From IMG/VR virus record IMGVR_UViG_3300042922_000542, positions 124,001 through 188,000 of that record: 64,000 bases of DNA; one strand, 5' to 3'. Below are positions 29,949-39,963 of this stretch, piece by piece. Below the pieces are notes generated by a model. It was not told where the DNA came from. It saw only the letters and a program-made list of their open reading frames with translations, and did not search any database. A program made the translations under genes and the position numbers. Within the stretch, counting starts at the first letter, position 1. Every line of letters starts with the position of its first letter.

Positions 29949-30036
29949 TGTGAAATCGCATATTCCCTGGATTTAGTTGTATATTATACAAATATCAAAG
30001 AATAATTCTTGTATAAAATAGGGAGGTTGAATCATA

Positions 30037-30656
30037 TGATTCCAACATTTAGTTTGAGACAAATAGATTTTTCAGCATTGAATGGAAAATACACAGGTAT
30101 ATTAAATTTTACACACATTATGCATGATGCCTATAAGAGTGAGAACAGATTACACGGATCAATTGAAATTGACGGAAAGCCCCAGCCATTATATGCTACA
30201 TTTGAATATTTTGTCGATAACAAAAGTATTCGATTTGTTGGTAAAAATGATGGCGACAAAAGTCCATTTACAATCAGTATTAAGCCGGTAATAAAATTTG
30301 GTAAAGTATATTTAAATATTGATGGGATATATGGTAATAAAAATTTATCTCATATAGTAGAACCTGAATTTACTAAAATTAAAATTGCAGGATCTGCAGT
30401 ATTTAATGATAAAGAATATCCTGTAAATTTTGTAATAAGTGGAAGTATGACTGGAAACGGGTTTAAGATAACAGGTGTCAATAACCTAGATAGAAAGTTA
30501 TTTATACTTTCAGTAACACCAAAAATGGGAATAGGTGGAAAGTGTAAGATTGAAGGTAGTTATGGAGCTAAAGTAATTCCTGCTTTATTAATACCGATGG
30601 ATGCCACTGCATTACCGCAAATAATAAGGACGTTAAAACAATTTGTAATTAAATAA
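30037..30656 (+). CDS. hypothetical protein made of two tandem beta-rich repeats; start probably ATG near 30037
   Basis: GGGAGG RBS; internal duplication GS..I.GK..P..F / I.G.YG.K. Confidence 0.6.
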
Positions 30657-30806
30657 TCAATTAATACGTAATACATAATGTAATTATATAAGTAAATATG
30701 AATTATCGCATATTATCATAATTTACTTATATATTCTTCAATTATCAAAGAATAAAAATTTATTCAAAAAAATATTATAATATAAAAAAATGAGGAGGAC
30801 ATTGAC

Positions 30807-31292
30807 ATGTCATACAAAAAAGATTTAGAAGGATTTATAGCAAGAGGAACAATAACACCAGAAGAGGCAATAGCATTTGTAATCGGGAAAAAACATTTAA
30901 GACTTCCTAAGCTAACAGAAGTAAATCAATTATGTGATATATTAAACACTGAATCAGAAGATGCTGATAGCGCAATTGATTTTGAAACTGTAAAAGGTAG
31001 CAATAAAGCTGCTATGGAAAATTTACAAGCAATCATCAGAAATGTAACTTTAACAAAGAAGAATTTACTTCAACTTTGGTATCTTGCAAAAGATAAAAGA
31101 AAGAGACAATATATGATAGCTTTAATTGGTATTGGATCTGTAGCTGCAATCGGTGGAATCGCATATGGTATAAAAACAGTAATGGATAAGAGGAATAACA
31201 AAGATCAAGGTACTGATACTACTGGCGATATCTTAGAAGATACATACAGAGATGATATTCCACAAGTAGAAATGGAAGAAGTAGAAATCTAA
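30807..31292 (+). CDS. small membrane-anchored protein with acidic tail
   Basis: GAGGAGG RBS; TM segment MIALIGIGSVAAIGGIAYGI; own terminator. Confidence 0.7.
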   Translation: MSYKKDLEGFIARGTITPEEAIAFVIGKKHLRLPKLTEVNQLCDILNTESEDADSAIDFETVKGSNKAAMENLQAIIRNVTLTKKNLLQLWYLAKDKRKRQYMIALIGIGSVAAIGGIAYGIKTVMDKRNNKDQGTDTTGDILEDTYRDDIPQVEMEEVEI

Positions 31293-31299
31293 AACTTTG

Positions 31300-31326
31300 G
31301 AGCTATTTGAATTATTCAAATAGCTC
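31300..31326 (+). terminator. intrinsic terminator
   Basis: GAGCTATTTGAA-tta-TTCAAATAGCTC followed by a T-tract. Confidence 0.85.
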
Positions 31327-31337
31327 TTTATTTTTTT

Positions 31338-31349
31338 AACCTGTTTATA
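31338..31349 (+). promoter_or_regulatory. late-type promoter AACCTGTTTATA
   Basis: Identical 12-mer at 58248-58259 (minus) upstream of another virion operon; follows a terminator. Confidence 0.6.
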
Positions 31350-31402
31350 AATGTTTTATGTACAATTGATCATAATGAATACACGGAGAGGTGATATAAA
31401 TT

Positions 31403-31852
31403 ATGTATAACAATATAGGATATGATTGTACTTTTGAAATGAATGATTTTAATGAACCACGATTACGTGAAGAAGCTGAGCTAATAAAAAATGTTGTGTT
31501 ATTAATATTATTTATGAAGCCTGGTCAGTACCCATCAATTCCTCATCTAGGTATGAATATACAAGATAGATTATATTCATATTATGATGAGATCGATGAA
31601 TCTGCCTTTGCGAGAGAATTAATGGATCAATGTCAAATACTGGGAACATACATCCAACAGGGATCCATAGTAATTAAGAAAATGATTTATAGAAATATGC
31701 CATCGTTGATCATTTACATAACAACCGCAACCGATGATGATAGAATTGTCGATTATAATCGAACTAGAAATAAGATTAATGAATTCTATATAGGCATATC
31801 GGTGAATGAATTAAATAAATTATTGTATAATGTAAATGCTAGGGCATCATAG
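31403..31852 (+). CDS. baseplate wedge protein, gp25-like
   Basis: IKNVVLLILFMKPGQYPSIPHLG motif. Confidence 0.75.
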   Translation: MYNNIGYDCTFEMNDFNEPRLREEAELIKNVVLLILFMKPGQYPSIPHLGMNIQDRLYSYYDEIDESAFARELMDQCQILGTYIQQGSIVIKKMIYRNMPSLIIYITTATDDDRIVDYNRTRNKINEFYIGISVNELNKLLYNVNARAS

Positions 31853-31873
31853 AGAGGAGGTTTATTTTTTTAT

Positions 31874-32593
31874 ATGGTTACTAATCGTAAAGAAATTGAA
31901 AAGCTAATATACGACGTATTTGATGCAATTGATCCCAGTGGAAATAATACTGCAAAATATAGAGGTATGTATGAACCAATGAGTGACGCACAGTTCGAGA
32001 AGCATATGAAATCATTTCTATCAAGCGATGATGAAAACTTTATATTAGACATAGTTGAGTTTGAGCATGATCTTAATTTCAATCAATGTGAGGCTGCGGC
32101 AAAGGTTTTAAATATTCCATTAGCAGAATATGTATTTATGCCACATTTAACAATGGATAAATCTCGAGTGGTAGTATCAAAAGAAAAATGTTTAGTTGGG
32201 TGGATGAATGTAAAACGTCCACAGCAATTACTCCATAAGAAAAATGGGTTGGCAATGTCTGATGAAAAAATTTCACCTATAACAGGTCAAGTCGTTGGTG
32301 AAGATAAAGGTGCTAGAGATAGTGATATCGAGGCTGCCATGTTAGTATCACTAGGCGCTGAAAAGATATTACAAGAATTGCACGGTCCTAGAGCCGATGA
32401 TATTGTAATGAAGCGACAAATGACTCAAGATATTACTACCAAAGGATATGTTTTGTTAGATGAATTAGAAAATGATGTTACAAATAAAACATCATTACGA
32501 GCATTGGATTCGTATTTAATCAGTATGGGAGTTAAAAGCGATCTCATAACAGAAACTTATATTTTACGGAATACAGCTGAAAATGCATTCTAA
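31874..32593 (+). CDS. rpoB: virion RNAP beta subunit, C-terminal part (phiKZ gp149-like)
   Basis: RKEIEKLI..DP.G.N..KY, VG...VKRPQQLL.KKN, TGQV.G.DKG, ELHGPRADD, YL..MG. Confidence 0.85.
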   Translation: MVTNRKEIEKLIYDVFDAIDPSGNNTAKYRGMYEPMSDAQFEKHMKSFLSSDDENFILDIVEFEHDLNFNQCEAAAKVLNIPLAEYVFMPHLTMDKSRVVVSKEKCLVGWMNVKRPQQLLHKKNGLAMSDEKISPITGQVVGEDKGARDSDIEAAMLVSLGAEKILQELHGPRADDIVMKRQMTQDITTKGYVLLDELENDVTNKTSLRALDSYLISMGVKSDLITETYILRNTAENAF

Positions 32594-32631
32594 ATAAAAA
32601 ATAATATAAATGAAAGGAAGGTACATATAAT

Positions 32632-33264
32632 ATGTTACCAATTATTTGTAAAGGAAAGGGGTTAATACCGAGAGTTGGTATGATCGCTCCAATATTAGTA
32701 CCATTTAAAGTAGATATTCAAACATTAACGATTATAATAAAAACACCTGGTTCAGTTTTAAAGCCTCATTTTGTTGATCCTGTAACAGCTAAAGAAGTAT
32801 TATTAACTAATACTAATTATAAAGATATTTATAATGAATATCAAAATAGAACTCCTGCAGCTATAGTACAGAAAGAAAAAGAGATTATTATAACGCCACC
32901 TACAGGTGGTTCAGTTACCGAAGATGATTCTGATTCAAAACCGAATATTTCATCAGAAGATGAGAATACTGTAATAAACATTATAACTAAACCTGCGGAT
33001 GATTATAATGCAGATGAGGTAATTGTAGATAATATAGCAAATACTGCAGAAAAAACTGAAATCGATAATATACATTCTGTAAATGCTGATGTGTCAATCC
33101 CAGTCATCACAAAAATTGACGATCCAACAACTTCAGTTAATGAAAATGCTGATACTAGATCAATTCCAGTTATTACGAAAGCTATTGATAATAACGGCGG
33201 CAACAATAATAGGCATAATAACAATAATAGACATAATAACAATAATAGATATAATAACAAATAA
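32632..33264 (+). CDS. hypothetical protein with acidic linker and Asn-rich tail
   Basis: AAAGGAAGG RBS; internal repeat SIPVITK x2. Confidence 0.7.
   Translation: MLPIICKGKGLIPRVGMIAPILVPFKVDIQTLTIIIKTPGSVLKPHFVDPVTAKEVLLTNTNYKDIYNEYQNRTPAAIVQKEKEIIITPPTGGSVTEDDSDSKPNISSEDENTVINIITKPADDYNADEVIVDNIANTAEKTEIDNIHSVNADVSIPVITKIDDPTTSVNENADTRSIPVITKAIDNNGGNNNRHNNNNRHNNNNRYNNK
33202..33255 (+). repeat. 3 x 18-bp tandem repeat (AACAATAATAGRYATAAT) encoding NNNR(H/Y)N
   Basis: Read directly from the sequence. Confidence 0.85.
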
Positions 33265-33270
33265 CATGCA

Positions 33271-33300
33271 ATATCATCGTGACTTCGGTCACGATGATAT
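33271..33300. terminator. 13-bp perfect hairpin with C(UUCG)G loop; terminator or RNA stabiliser
   Basis: ATATCATCGTGAC-ttcg-GTCACGATGATAT; no immediate U-tract. Confidence 0.55.
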
Positions 33301-33352
33301 AAATTTTATAATTATATATTTTCAATATATCGTAGGGTTTAAATAATTAAAA

Positions 33353-33931
33353 TTGAAAGGGAATAATAAAATGGAATCAGATAAAGAAATAATAAATGAA
33401 AATGCAACGGATGAAGAAATAATTAATCGGTTAGTGGCCGATGCTGTGGTTTCTATGACAGAAAATATGCTTAAACAAACTTGTCAGATGCATACTGAAA
33501 ATATGGATGAATTATTTAATATTACAAATAAAATGATACTTGTGACAGTTGATACTTTAATTGATAAAATTAAAGAAATTCAGATGGATAATATGAGAAA
33601 CATGGATTTTATAAAGGCCGTATTATTCACGCAGAATTTATCAAATAATGAATGTTATGCAAACTATGTCAATGAATGGAATCGACTTAATGCAAATAAA
33701 TTCAAAAAAGTAATTGATCCTGCAGTTGATCCAACTGTATATAAAAGTATTGATGCTAAATCGCATGTATGTGATCATGAAAAATCTTATACAGCGTTAC
33801 CAATAATACCAGCAGGAATAACCCTTCAATGGAAATGTATAAAATGCGGAAAGGAAGGATTGGAGCGCGTTAATAATTCGGAGAGTGAGACTACTGATGC
33901 ATCAATTAAAACGAGAGTTGATAATAATTGA
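33353..33931 (+). CDS. hypothetical protein with C-terminal Zn-ribbon
   Basis: HVCDH..WKCIKCG; likely ATG start at 33371. Confidence 0.65.
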   Translation: MKGNNKMESDKEIINENATDEEIINRLVADAVVSMTENMLKQTCQMHTENMDELFNITNKMILVTVDTLIDKIKEIQMDNMRNMDFIKAVLFTQNLSNNECYANYVNEWNRLNANKFKKVIDPAVDPTVYKSIDAKSHVCDHEKSYTALPIIPAGITLQWKCIKCGKEGLERVNNSESETTDASIKTRVDNN

Positions 33932-34012
33932 TATTACATATTTTATTTAATAACTATTTTGAGCATAACAATACAATATCAAAATTATATATGAAATGGG
34001 GCTGGTGATATT

Positions 34013-36154
34013 ATGTACGTTCTACCACATATACGAACAATACATGACTGTGAGAGGGAGTTTGGGGATGTTATAATCATTTCTCATTATAATACCTATG
34101 AAAAATTTGATGAATTATATTGGAAAGTATATTATGCAATTTGCGCATGTTATGAAATTTCAGAGTGCGTTAAATATAAAATACGTTTCAAATTTTACGA
34201 TTCCGATAGTAAGACCTATGAGCTATCTATGGTTAAATTTCTTTTAAATATAAACGCATGGAGACCACTAATTGAATTATATCAATTGCAAAAATATTAT
34301 CATTATAAATTAGAAGTATTGGATGAAAGCTTCATCATTAACAGAATGATGAGTGATACATTAAGAATAGGATTGGAATCTAAAGTATTGAAGACATTAG
34401 ATGATTATGGTATCTCATTTGAAAGATCATCTGATCTAATAAAGACTGTTATCGAAAGATATCAAGAGATATCGATCGAGTTTTCGTTGTTAGCTCCAGC
34501 CGGAATATTTACTCTTGAGAATTGTTTCCTAAACGATTATATGAATAATGAAAAGATTCGAGAGTTAAATAATACTGTAATATCACAAAATATTCAAACT
34601 GCCGATGTTGAGGAATTATTAAAAGAGAAGTATAATGAGCTTGTCGTAGAGTTAGGTAAAACTAAGAACCCGATATGGTATGTTAGTAAAGCAGGTAATC
34701 ACATCAAAGCTAAACAGGTACAAGAATTATTTATTTCGTACGGTCAGGTTCCGAATGTTGATGGTAATGTAATTCCTTATACGATGGAAGGTAATGGATT
34801 CAGTACTGGGTTTAATAGCCCATCTGCATATTATGTTGCCGCAACTGGTGCTAGATTATCGGCTATCATGAATAAAACTAAAATGGGTGAAGCGGGTTAT
34901 CTATCTCGTAATTTAATTTTATTGAGTAGAACAATGCATCTCTCTACAACTACATTTGATTGTGGTACTAAACACATGCTTGAATTATTTGTATCAAGTT
35001 CAACTATGTTGAGGAGATTGGAGAATCGTTGGTTTTGTGAATATTTGGGGGATCCATTACAATGCATTCATTATGAAACCCATAAACATTTAATTGGTAA
35101 GAAAATTTATGTGAGGTCTTTGTTAACATGTGCAGGTGGTGATGAGGTATGTCATGTATGTTACGGACGAGATAGTCACCTTGTTGCAAATATGCCAGGT
35201 ATGGCAATATTTAATACGGAAGTTTATTCAGAACCAGTATCGCAAAATATATTATCCACTAAACATTTATTGTTTACAGCCGCCAATAAATTGACATTCA
35301 GCGATTCGTTTGATAAATATTTTAAATTTAATGCAGGGGATATTTATTTGAAGGATCAAGATGAATGGAATAATGAGTTACCATTTGAATATTTAAGCAT
35401 AAGAATTGAAGAAAGCAATGTGCTATCCGTTAATGAACAGGATATAATTGAATATAGTACATTCGGTAATAATATAGAATCCCCATTCTTTATATATAAT
35501 AAAAAGACCGGCGAATATGATAAAATAGAAATAATAAATGCTGAATCCATGTTTATAGATGCGACATCTATGAAATTATTCAAAACAGTTATTGATAAGA
35601 AGCATGCGAATAGTAAGTTTTATGAACTTCCGCTACATACAATAGCTACTGAATTAGAGGGTCGTTTAATGTCAGTTGATATTAAAAATAATGGATTAAC
35701 CGATAACCTCTATATGATAATGGACTTATTAAATAAAAATGCATCTAAATATGATGATTATAATCAACTTGCACAATACTTCTTTGAAATGTTAATTAAT
35801 GTTGGAATCCGTTGCAGAAATATTCAAGCAGAAATTATATTAAATCGATTGATACGCGATAATAATGATATATATGCTAGACCTGATTTTTCTAAATTCA
35901 AAGCGCCTGAATATAAAATATTGACATTGAATCAAGCATTGATAAATACCAAAGCACCTACAATAGGTTTATCATATCAAGAAATCAAACGTCAATTACT
36001 CAGCGATGATCTTTATGCCAGTAAGAATGGAGCATCATATTTAGATCCTATGTATGCGACATCAATCAGTACTGATCGTTTAAAAGAAATACATAATAAG
36101 TTAAGAAATAAATTAAAGGAGAAAAAGGAAAATGAGCAATCAGAACATAAATAA
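34013..36154 (+). CDS. rpoC: non-virion RNAP beta'-C subunit (AR9 gp154 / phiKZ gp74-like)
   Basis: KQVQELFISYG..P, GARLSAIMNK..GEAGYLSR (bridge helix), DCG, LTC..VCHVCYG Zn site, EPVSQNILSTKHLL (trigger loop). Confidence 0.92.
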   Translation: MYVLPHIRTIHDCEREFGDVIIISHYNTYEKFDELYWKVYYAICACYEISECVKYKIRFKFYDSDSKTYELSMVKFLLNINAWRPLIELYQLQKYYHYKLEVLDESFIINRMMSDTLRIGLESKVLKTLDDYGISFERSSDLIKTVIERYQEISIEFSLLAPAGIFTLENCFLNDYMNNEKIRELNNTVISQNIQTADVEELLKEKYNELVVELGKTKNPIWYVSKAGNHIKAKQVQELFISYGQVPNVDGNVIPYTMEGNGFSTGFNSPSAYYVAATGARLSAIMNKTKMGEAGYLSRNLILLSRTMHLSTTTFDCGTKHMLELFVSSSTMLRRLENRWFCEYLGDPLQCIHYETHKHLIGKKIYVRSLLTCAGGDEVCHVCYGRDSHLVANMPGMAIFNTEVYSEPVSQNILSTKHLLFTAANKLTFSDSFDKYFKFNAGDIYLKDQDEWNNELPFEYLSIRIEESNVLSVNEQDIIEYSTFGNNIESPFFIYNKKTGEYDKIEIINAESMFIDATSMKLFKTVIDKKHANSKFYELPLHTIATELEGRLMSVDIKNNGLTDNLYMIMDLLNKNASKYDDYNQLAQYFFEMLINVGIRCRNIQAEIILNRLIRDNNDIYARPDFSKFKAPEYKILTLNQALINTKAPTIGLSYQEIKRQLLSDDLYASKNGASYLDPMYATSISTDRLKEIHNKLRNKLKEKKENEQSEHK

Positions 36155-36617
36155 TTCAAATATATCAATATTGAATCAACATGCTTTTGAAGAGGCTGCA
36201 GTAGAAATTAAGCAATTGCAAGATAAGATCGATGACAAATTAAAGGAAAAATGCCCAGATGAATTAGAATCTCATGAGAATTTATTATTTAAAGAAATCA
36301 GCTCTACTATAATTAAAATACTCACAGACACTTCTACTCAAGAGGCATTCAGAGAGTTGCAGAATAAAATAGGAACTGATATTTCGAAGGAATTAGTTGA
36401 ACTGATCTCAACTGTAACAACATTTGCAACATATAATGCAATTGCATTTTATGATATGACTGTTAAAGAACAAATTTCAGAAAATTTTACAGAGTGGGGA
36501 AAAACTATTATGAAACATGATAGTGATATAAATGTCATGGCTGCTAAAATTGGAGATATCGAAAAGAAATCAATTGTTTCTAAATTGCAAAATATTGTTG
36601 ATAATGATGTAATATAG
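36132..36617 (+). CDS. hypothetical helical protein
   Basis: 161 aa overlapping the beta'-C stop. Confidence 0.65.
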   Translation: MSNQNINNSNISILNQHAFEEAAVEIKQLQDKIDDKLKEKCPDELESHENLLFKEISSTIIKILTDTSTQEAFRELQNKIGTDISKELVELISTVTTFATYNAIAFYDMTVKEQISENFTEWGKTIMKHDSDINVMAAKIGDIEKKSIVSKLQNIVDNDVI

Positions 36618-36647
36618 ATACATATTATACAAAAGCAATTAGTTTAA

Positions 36648-36684
36648 ATATGAGAGGGGATGGGCGGCCATCCTCCTTCATATT
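36648..36684 (+). terminator. intrinsic terminator
   Basis: AATATGA.GAGGGGATGG-gcgg-CCATCCTCCT.TCATATT then T-rich run. Confidence 0.7.
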
Positions 36685-36698
36685 CTTATTTTTTTATT

Positions 36699-36708
36699 TA
36701 TATATTAT
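36699..36708 (+). promoter_or_regulatory. early-type promoter motif TATATATTAT upstream of ppk1
   Basis: Recurrent motif immediately after a terminator. Confidence 0.6.
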
Positions 36709-36753
36709 AATTATATAATAATTGAATAACAAAATAAAGTGAGGGTTTATGAT

Positions 36754-38571
36754 ATGTCAAAAATATCTGCAATTAAAAGTCTTATTATGTTTAATCAAAG
36801 AGTCTTATCACTAGGCGAAGTAATAGATGGTAAAACATATACAATGAATGAATTAAAAAAGACATTATCATTCAATCAAATATTCATTAATAATATGAAT
36901 GAAATTTTCAAAAATCAGAAGAAGTTCACTGAGTGCATTGATGAGTATAATGCCGACCTAAAGAAAGTTCATTTAAATTTATATAACATTATTAACAAAA
37001 TAATGGAGATTGATAAATCGATCATGATAGAGTTGGATGACAGATATCAGTTCGAATGTAGATTTGCAATATTGGATTTTATTAAGAATGGACTGATGAT
37101 TGATGTTATTAATAAAACTGAATTAGAAACATACCATTTTGATGAAGGTTTAATCTATTATATAATATCCGCGGGCAGTAGTTATATCATTTATCATATG
37201 GATTCTAAATGCAAATTATATCAATGCTTAATATCATATAAATTTAATGATTATATTAGATATTGGAAAACTGATGCAGCGATGTTATCATATCTTAAAA
37301 ATAATCACAAAGATGATAGTAATGATATATATGGAATTGTAATGAAAGTTACGAAATCATCAGACAGCCATGATCTGGTTAAGGTCGACATGTATGGAGA
37401 AACCGATGATATGCAGTCAATATATAATGATATGGTGACACATTCAAATTGGCATGATAAGTTCATTATAAAAAATCAATTCATGTATATGAGTGATATT
37501 GAACAAATCATTACATCGTCTAAGCTATATCAAAATATACCCGCCCATACTAATGTATTTGCATCAGATAATGATAAAGAATCGTTCTTACTATCAGATA
37601 TATTTGATAAAGATATATTAGTTGAATACCCTAATGATTCATTTGATTCATATTTACGATTATTACATCTTGCATCAATCGATAATAGGGTTGAATCGAT
37701 ATCCGTAACATTATATAGAATAGGTAATAATCCTATTATATATTATATTCTTAGAGACGCTGTAAGGAGAGGTGTTCAAGTGCATGTAAATTTAGAACTT
37801 AGAGCATCTGAAGAAAAGATTAATAAATTCTGGGCAAGTGAGATGAAGGCAGTTGGTATAGATGTGGCGCATTATGCGGATGGATATTTAAAGGTCCATT
37901 GCAAATTGACATTAATAAAATTCAAAGATAATAAAATGATAGCCCAGATCGGTACGGGTAATTATCATTCTCAAACCACATCGCAATATACAGATTTTTC
38001 ACTCATGACTACAGATAAAAAAATGACGTCACAAATATCAGATCTATTTGATGTTATATTTAATAGAGCGACAAAAGTTAAATTTAATAAAGACTTATTG
38101 GTCACTCAATATAATATGAGGGATACTCTTAAAGAGCTAATATTGAATCAAACAAATCTAGGTCCTAAAGGGTTAATTCAAATTAAATGCAATGCTCTTG
38201 ATGACGACGAAATGATAAAATATTTGGATTCAGCTGCATTAGCTGGATGTAAGATGCAATTAATAATAAGAGGTGTATGCACATGGATTCCACCTGAAAA
38301 TACACTTAATAAAAATGTGACAATCAAATCTATAGTATGGGATAAATTGGAACATTCCAGGGTATACTGTTTTGGAAATATTAACCCTAATGTATATTTA
38401 GGATCGCTAGACTTAATAACACGAAAATTAGATAATCGAATCGAAACATTGGTTCGAATAACTAATAAACATACACTAGTTGAGTTATGCAATTATATGA
38501 CTAGATATAATAATTTTAGCGGGGCTTGGAGTATGATTTATGATGGTGGAAATATTAAATATGTAAAATAA
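36754..38571 (+). CDS. ppk1: polyphosphate kinase 1
   Basis: MFNQRVL, F..IF.NNMNEIF, DILVEYP.DSF, TLYR, ELRA, LKVHCKL (phospho-His site), IGTGNY, YTDFSL, IKCNAL, IIRGVC, LEHSRVY, SLDLITRKLDNRIE; GAGGG RBS supports ATG 36754. Confidence 0.92.
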   Translation: MSKISAIKSLIMFNQRVLSLGEVIDGKTYTMNELKKTLSFNQIFINNMNEIFKNQKKFTECIDEYNADLKKVHLNLYNIINKIMEIDKSIMIELDDRYQFECRFAILDFIKNGLMIDVINKTELETYHFDEGLIYYIISAGSSYIIYHMDSKCKLYQCLISYKFNDYIRYWKTDAAMLSYLKNNHKDDSNDIYGIVMKVTKSSDSHDLVKVDMYGETDDMQSIYNDMVTHSNWHDKFIIKNQFMYMSDIEQIITSSKLYQNIPAHTNVFASDNDKESFLLSDIFDKDILVEYPNDSFDSYLRLLHLASIDNRVESISVTLYRIGNNPIIYYILRDAVRRGVQVHVNLELRASEEKINKFWASEMKAVGIDVAHYADGYLKVHCKLTLIKFKDNKMIAQIGTGNYHSQTTSQYTDFSLMTTDKKMTSQISDLFDVIFNRATKVKFNKDLLVTQYNMRDTLKELILNQTNLGPKGLIQIKCNALDDDEMIKYLDSAALAGCKMQLIIRGVCTWIPPENTLNKNVTIKSIVWDKLEHSRVYCFGNINPNVYLGSLDLITRKLDNRIETLVRITNKHTLVELCNYMTRYNNFSGAWSMIYDGGNIKYVK

Positions 38572-38578
38572 CTGAGAG

Positions 38579-39304
38579 GTGACGTTAATGTATACTCCTA
38601 ATATGAGTATTTGGTTAAATCCTAATTTAGAATATCTATTCAATACAGAGATAATCGAATATGATATGAAGGAAGCAGGATTTAGCTTAATAAAGCAATT
38701 TCATTTATTATCTGACGATGAAATTCATAAATTAAATATGATTGAAAAGTCTGAAAGGACGATAGCTATTGGCAAACTGCAACGTGATAAGATTTTATCA
38801 AGTTCTGCATTATCTGATAAATTCACAGAAATGCGAGCTGCATTTATCGAAGCTAATAAAATAACAGATAATGATATTATATCTGTTAAAAAAGATGCTA
38901 TATTTACTATAGGTAAATGTAAAAGGCAGAAATTTGGCGGTATTGAATTTGTAGAAAAGCATAATTATTCATCATATATTAGATTTGTGAATAATTCTAA
39001 TATTGAAATATTTTATAATGATGGGGATGGTTTAGAAATAAAAGGTATTGGTGATATAGGAATTAATAGACACAGATTGTACTTAATCCCATTCCTTGAA
39101 AAAATAATTAAATATATTGAGTTAAAGAATCCATCGGTAAAACGACAGATTAGAACATTTATAGATGATTATAAGGCTATGAAATTGGATGAGGGGTACT
39201 ATATTGAATTCAATAATAAGAGTGCATCAGTAGATCCGATGTACAATTATCAGAAATTATTAATACCCCTAGTTCAATTAGTTGTGGAGGAACTTAACAA
39301 ATGA
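38579..39304 (+). CDS. minimal palm-domain DNA-polymerase-like protein
   Basis: IIEYDMKEAGFS (motif A-like Asp), ISVKKDAIF (motif C-like Asp), LEIKGIG (PolB KG-like); only 241 aa. Confidence 0.55.
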   Translation: MTLMYTPNMSIWLNPNLEYLFNTEIIEYDMKEAGFSLIKQFHLLSDDEIHKLNMIEKSERTIAIGKLQRDKILSSSALSDKFTEMRAAFIEANKITDNDIISVKKDAIFTIGKCKRQKFGGIEFVEKHNYSSYIRFVNNSNIEIFYNDGDGLEIKGIGDIGINRHRLYLIPFLEKIIKYIELKNPSVKRQIRTFIDDYKAMKLDEGYYIEFNNKSASVDPMYNYQKLLIPLVQLVVEELNK

Positions 39305-39948
39305 AATATGATGATGCAGAAGATCAAGTATATTATCTTGTATATAAAACATCCGATGATCGACATGGTGGAATCGAGGATCTATATGGATGGTCACATA
39401 GTAAATCAGTTGTAAATGCATTTCTGAAGCAACGGAATCCAAAAAAATATGTTATTGATAAAATGGTAATAACTGCAGACAAAAGTGGGGCATATAGTAA
39501 GAGAGGTTTAGTTGACACAAGATATCTAGATTTGAGTGATCCAATTATGTTAAATATACTCCCATTAAAATCATGCAACACTGGTGAAACCGTTAAATTA
39601 TTTACAACAAGTGATGAACAAATTAGGATAGTTAGCGACATCGATTCAATGTTTGATCAACTTAGATCATTTGACAGAGTCGAAGATACATCCATAGCTC
39701 ATCTCGTTAATATATATAAATCAATTAAACCAAAATATATTAATGCACTTGAATGGATTGGATATAACCCCACAGAGATATCATATTTATATGACACAGT
39801 GGATGATATATATAATGAAATAAACTTTGGTCAAGATTATATCGATGAATCTGATGATGAAATCGATAAAGGTGGATTGAATTTAATTAAGGCGATGTTT
39901 TATTCACTAGAGTCTGTAATTAAAGTTTTGAAGGATGAGTTGATTTAG
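39301..39948 (+). CDS. hypothetical protein, paralogue A
   Basis: ATGA overlap with the upstream stop; shares motifs with the next gene. Confidence 0.7.
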   Translation: MKYDDAEDQVYYLVYKTSDDRHGGIEDLYGWSHSKSVVNAFLKQRNPKKYVIDKMVITADKSGAYSKRGLVDTRYLDLSDPIMLNILPLKSCNTGETVKLFTTSDEQIRIVSDIDSMFDQLRSFDRVEDTSIAHLVNIYKSIKPKYINALEWIGYNPTEISYLYDTVDDIYNEINFGQDYIDESDDEIDKGGLNLIKAMFYSLESVIKVLKDELI

Positions 39949-39963
39949 GAGGATCAGGTAACT

